Source of the DNA: a virus | Lineage: Duplodnaviria > Caudoviricetes | Reading direction: 5' to 3' (one strand) | DNA length: 57,719 nt | IMG/VR virus record: IMGVR_UViG_3300037963_001723 | Location: 1 to 57,719 of that record | Shown: piece by piece, positions 57,325 through 57,719 of the stretch | How positions within the stretch are numbered: the stretch's first letter is position 1 | Layout of the letters: the number at the start of each line of letters is the position of its first letter | Notes under the pieces: model-generated | What the model saw: only the letters and a program-made list of their open reading frames with translations | The model's database searches: none | Told to the model about the DNA's origin: nothing | Translations under genes and position numbers: made by a program

Positions 57325-57534
57325 CTATTCTATTGTGTATTGTCTATTTTCTTCTTTAATGAGTTTTTTTATTTGATCGCCTAATTCATTAGAATCAATT
57401 TCAAGCAATGCATCTAAAAAATTATTAGTTTTGCTCATAACAGAAAAATTAACTTCGTAATTATGAAGTGTTTTAGAAGAATGTAATTTTTCTATTTCTA
57501 TCTGTTGTGGTTCAAATTCTTCTTGAGAAGACAT
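57325..57534 (-). CDS. Hypothetical protein (start revised to MSSQEE)
   Basis: TAATG overlap with the upstream gene at 57534. Confidence 0.65.
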   Translation of the reverse strand: MSSQEEFEPQQIEIEKLHSSKTLHNYEVNFSVMSKTNNFLDALLEIDSNELGDQIKKLIKEENRQYTIE

Positions 57535-57719
57535 TAAGCAGAACCTTGAACAGGTACTTGACTTACTGTAATACCTAATGAAGCTACTGGACAATCAGGA
57601 ATTGTAATTTCATCAGCTTTATCATCAGATTTAGTAGATGGCAAGTCTCTTAATTGTTGTCTCCAAGTTTTTAATTTAGCTAAATCGTCAGAACTAAGAG
57701 TTGAATCAGGTAAAACTGC
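57534..57719 (-). CDS. Tail fibre assembly chaperone, C-terminal fragment
   Basis: ...LPDS...WRQQLRDLP... motif; enters from the right edge. Not in the ORF track. Confidence 0.75.
   Translation of the reverse strand, partial: AVLPDSTLSSDDLAKLKTWRQQLRDLPSTKSDDKADEITIPDCPVASLGITVSQVPVQGSA

Overview
An AT-rich dsDNA tailed-phage segment, probably most of a podovirus-like genome of the kind common in marine viromes (inference). The minus strand carries the morphogenesis genes: TerS, TerL, portal, GroES, scaffold, major capsid, adaptors, tail and very large ejection-type proteins. The plus strand carries an early region (MoxR-like AAA ATPase, VWA/metallopeptidase) and a recombination block (exonuclease, RecT, SSB-like) that diverges from a primase-helicase. 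The main finding is a TIGR-Tas-like RNA-guided system. It has a nuclease-less Nop/IS110-C-terminal-domain protein (TasA-like, 30824-31654), then a thermonuclease gene, then a dual-repeat array at about 32256-32640. The array has an exact 34-nt period (AACATCA / 9 nt / AATGAATCA / 9 nt, 11 units) and ends in a terminator-like hairpin. A second notable signal is a composite non-coding module repeated five times: GTAAATTTAC boxes, an 18-bp palindrome AATAATACTAGTATTATT and, in three copies, TACTATCAT-N4-TGTGATTGTCG. I recognised no DNA polymerase, integrase, endolysin or tRNA. All family calls come from reading motifs by eye; no database search was run.
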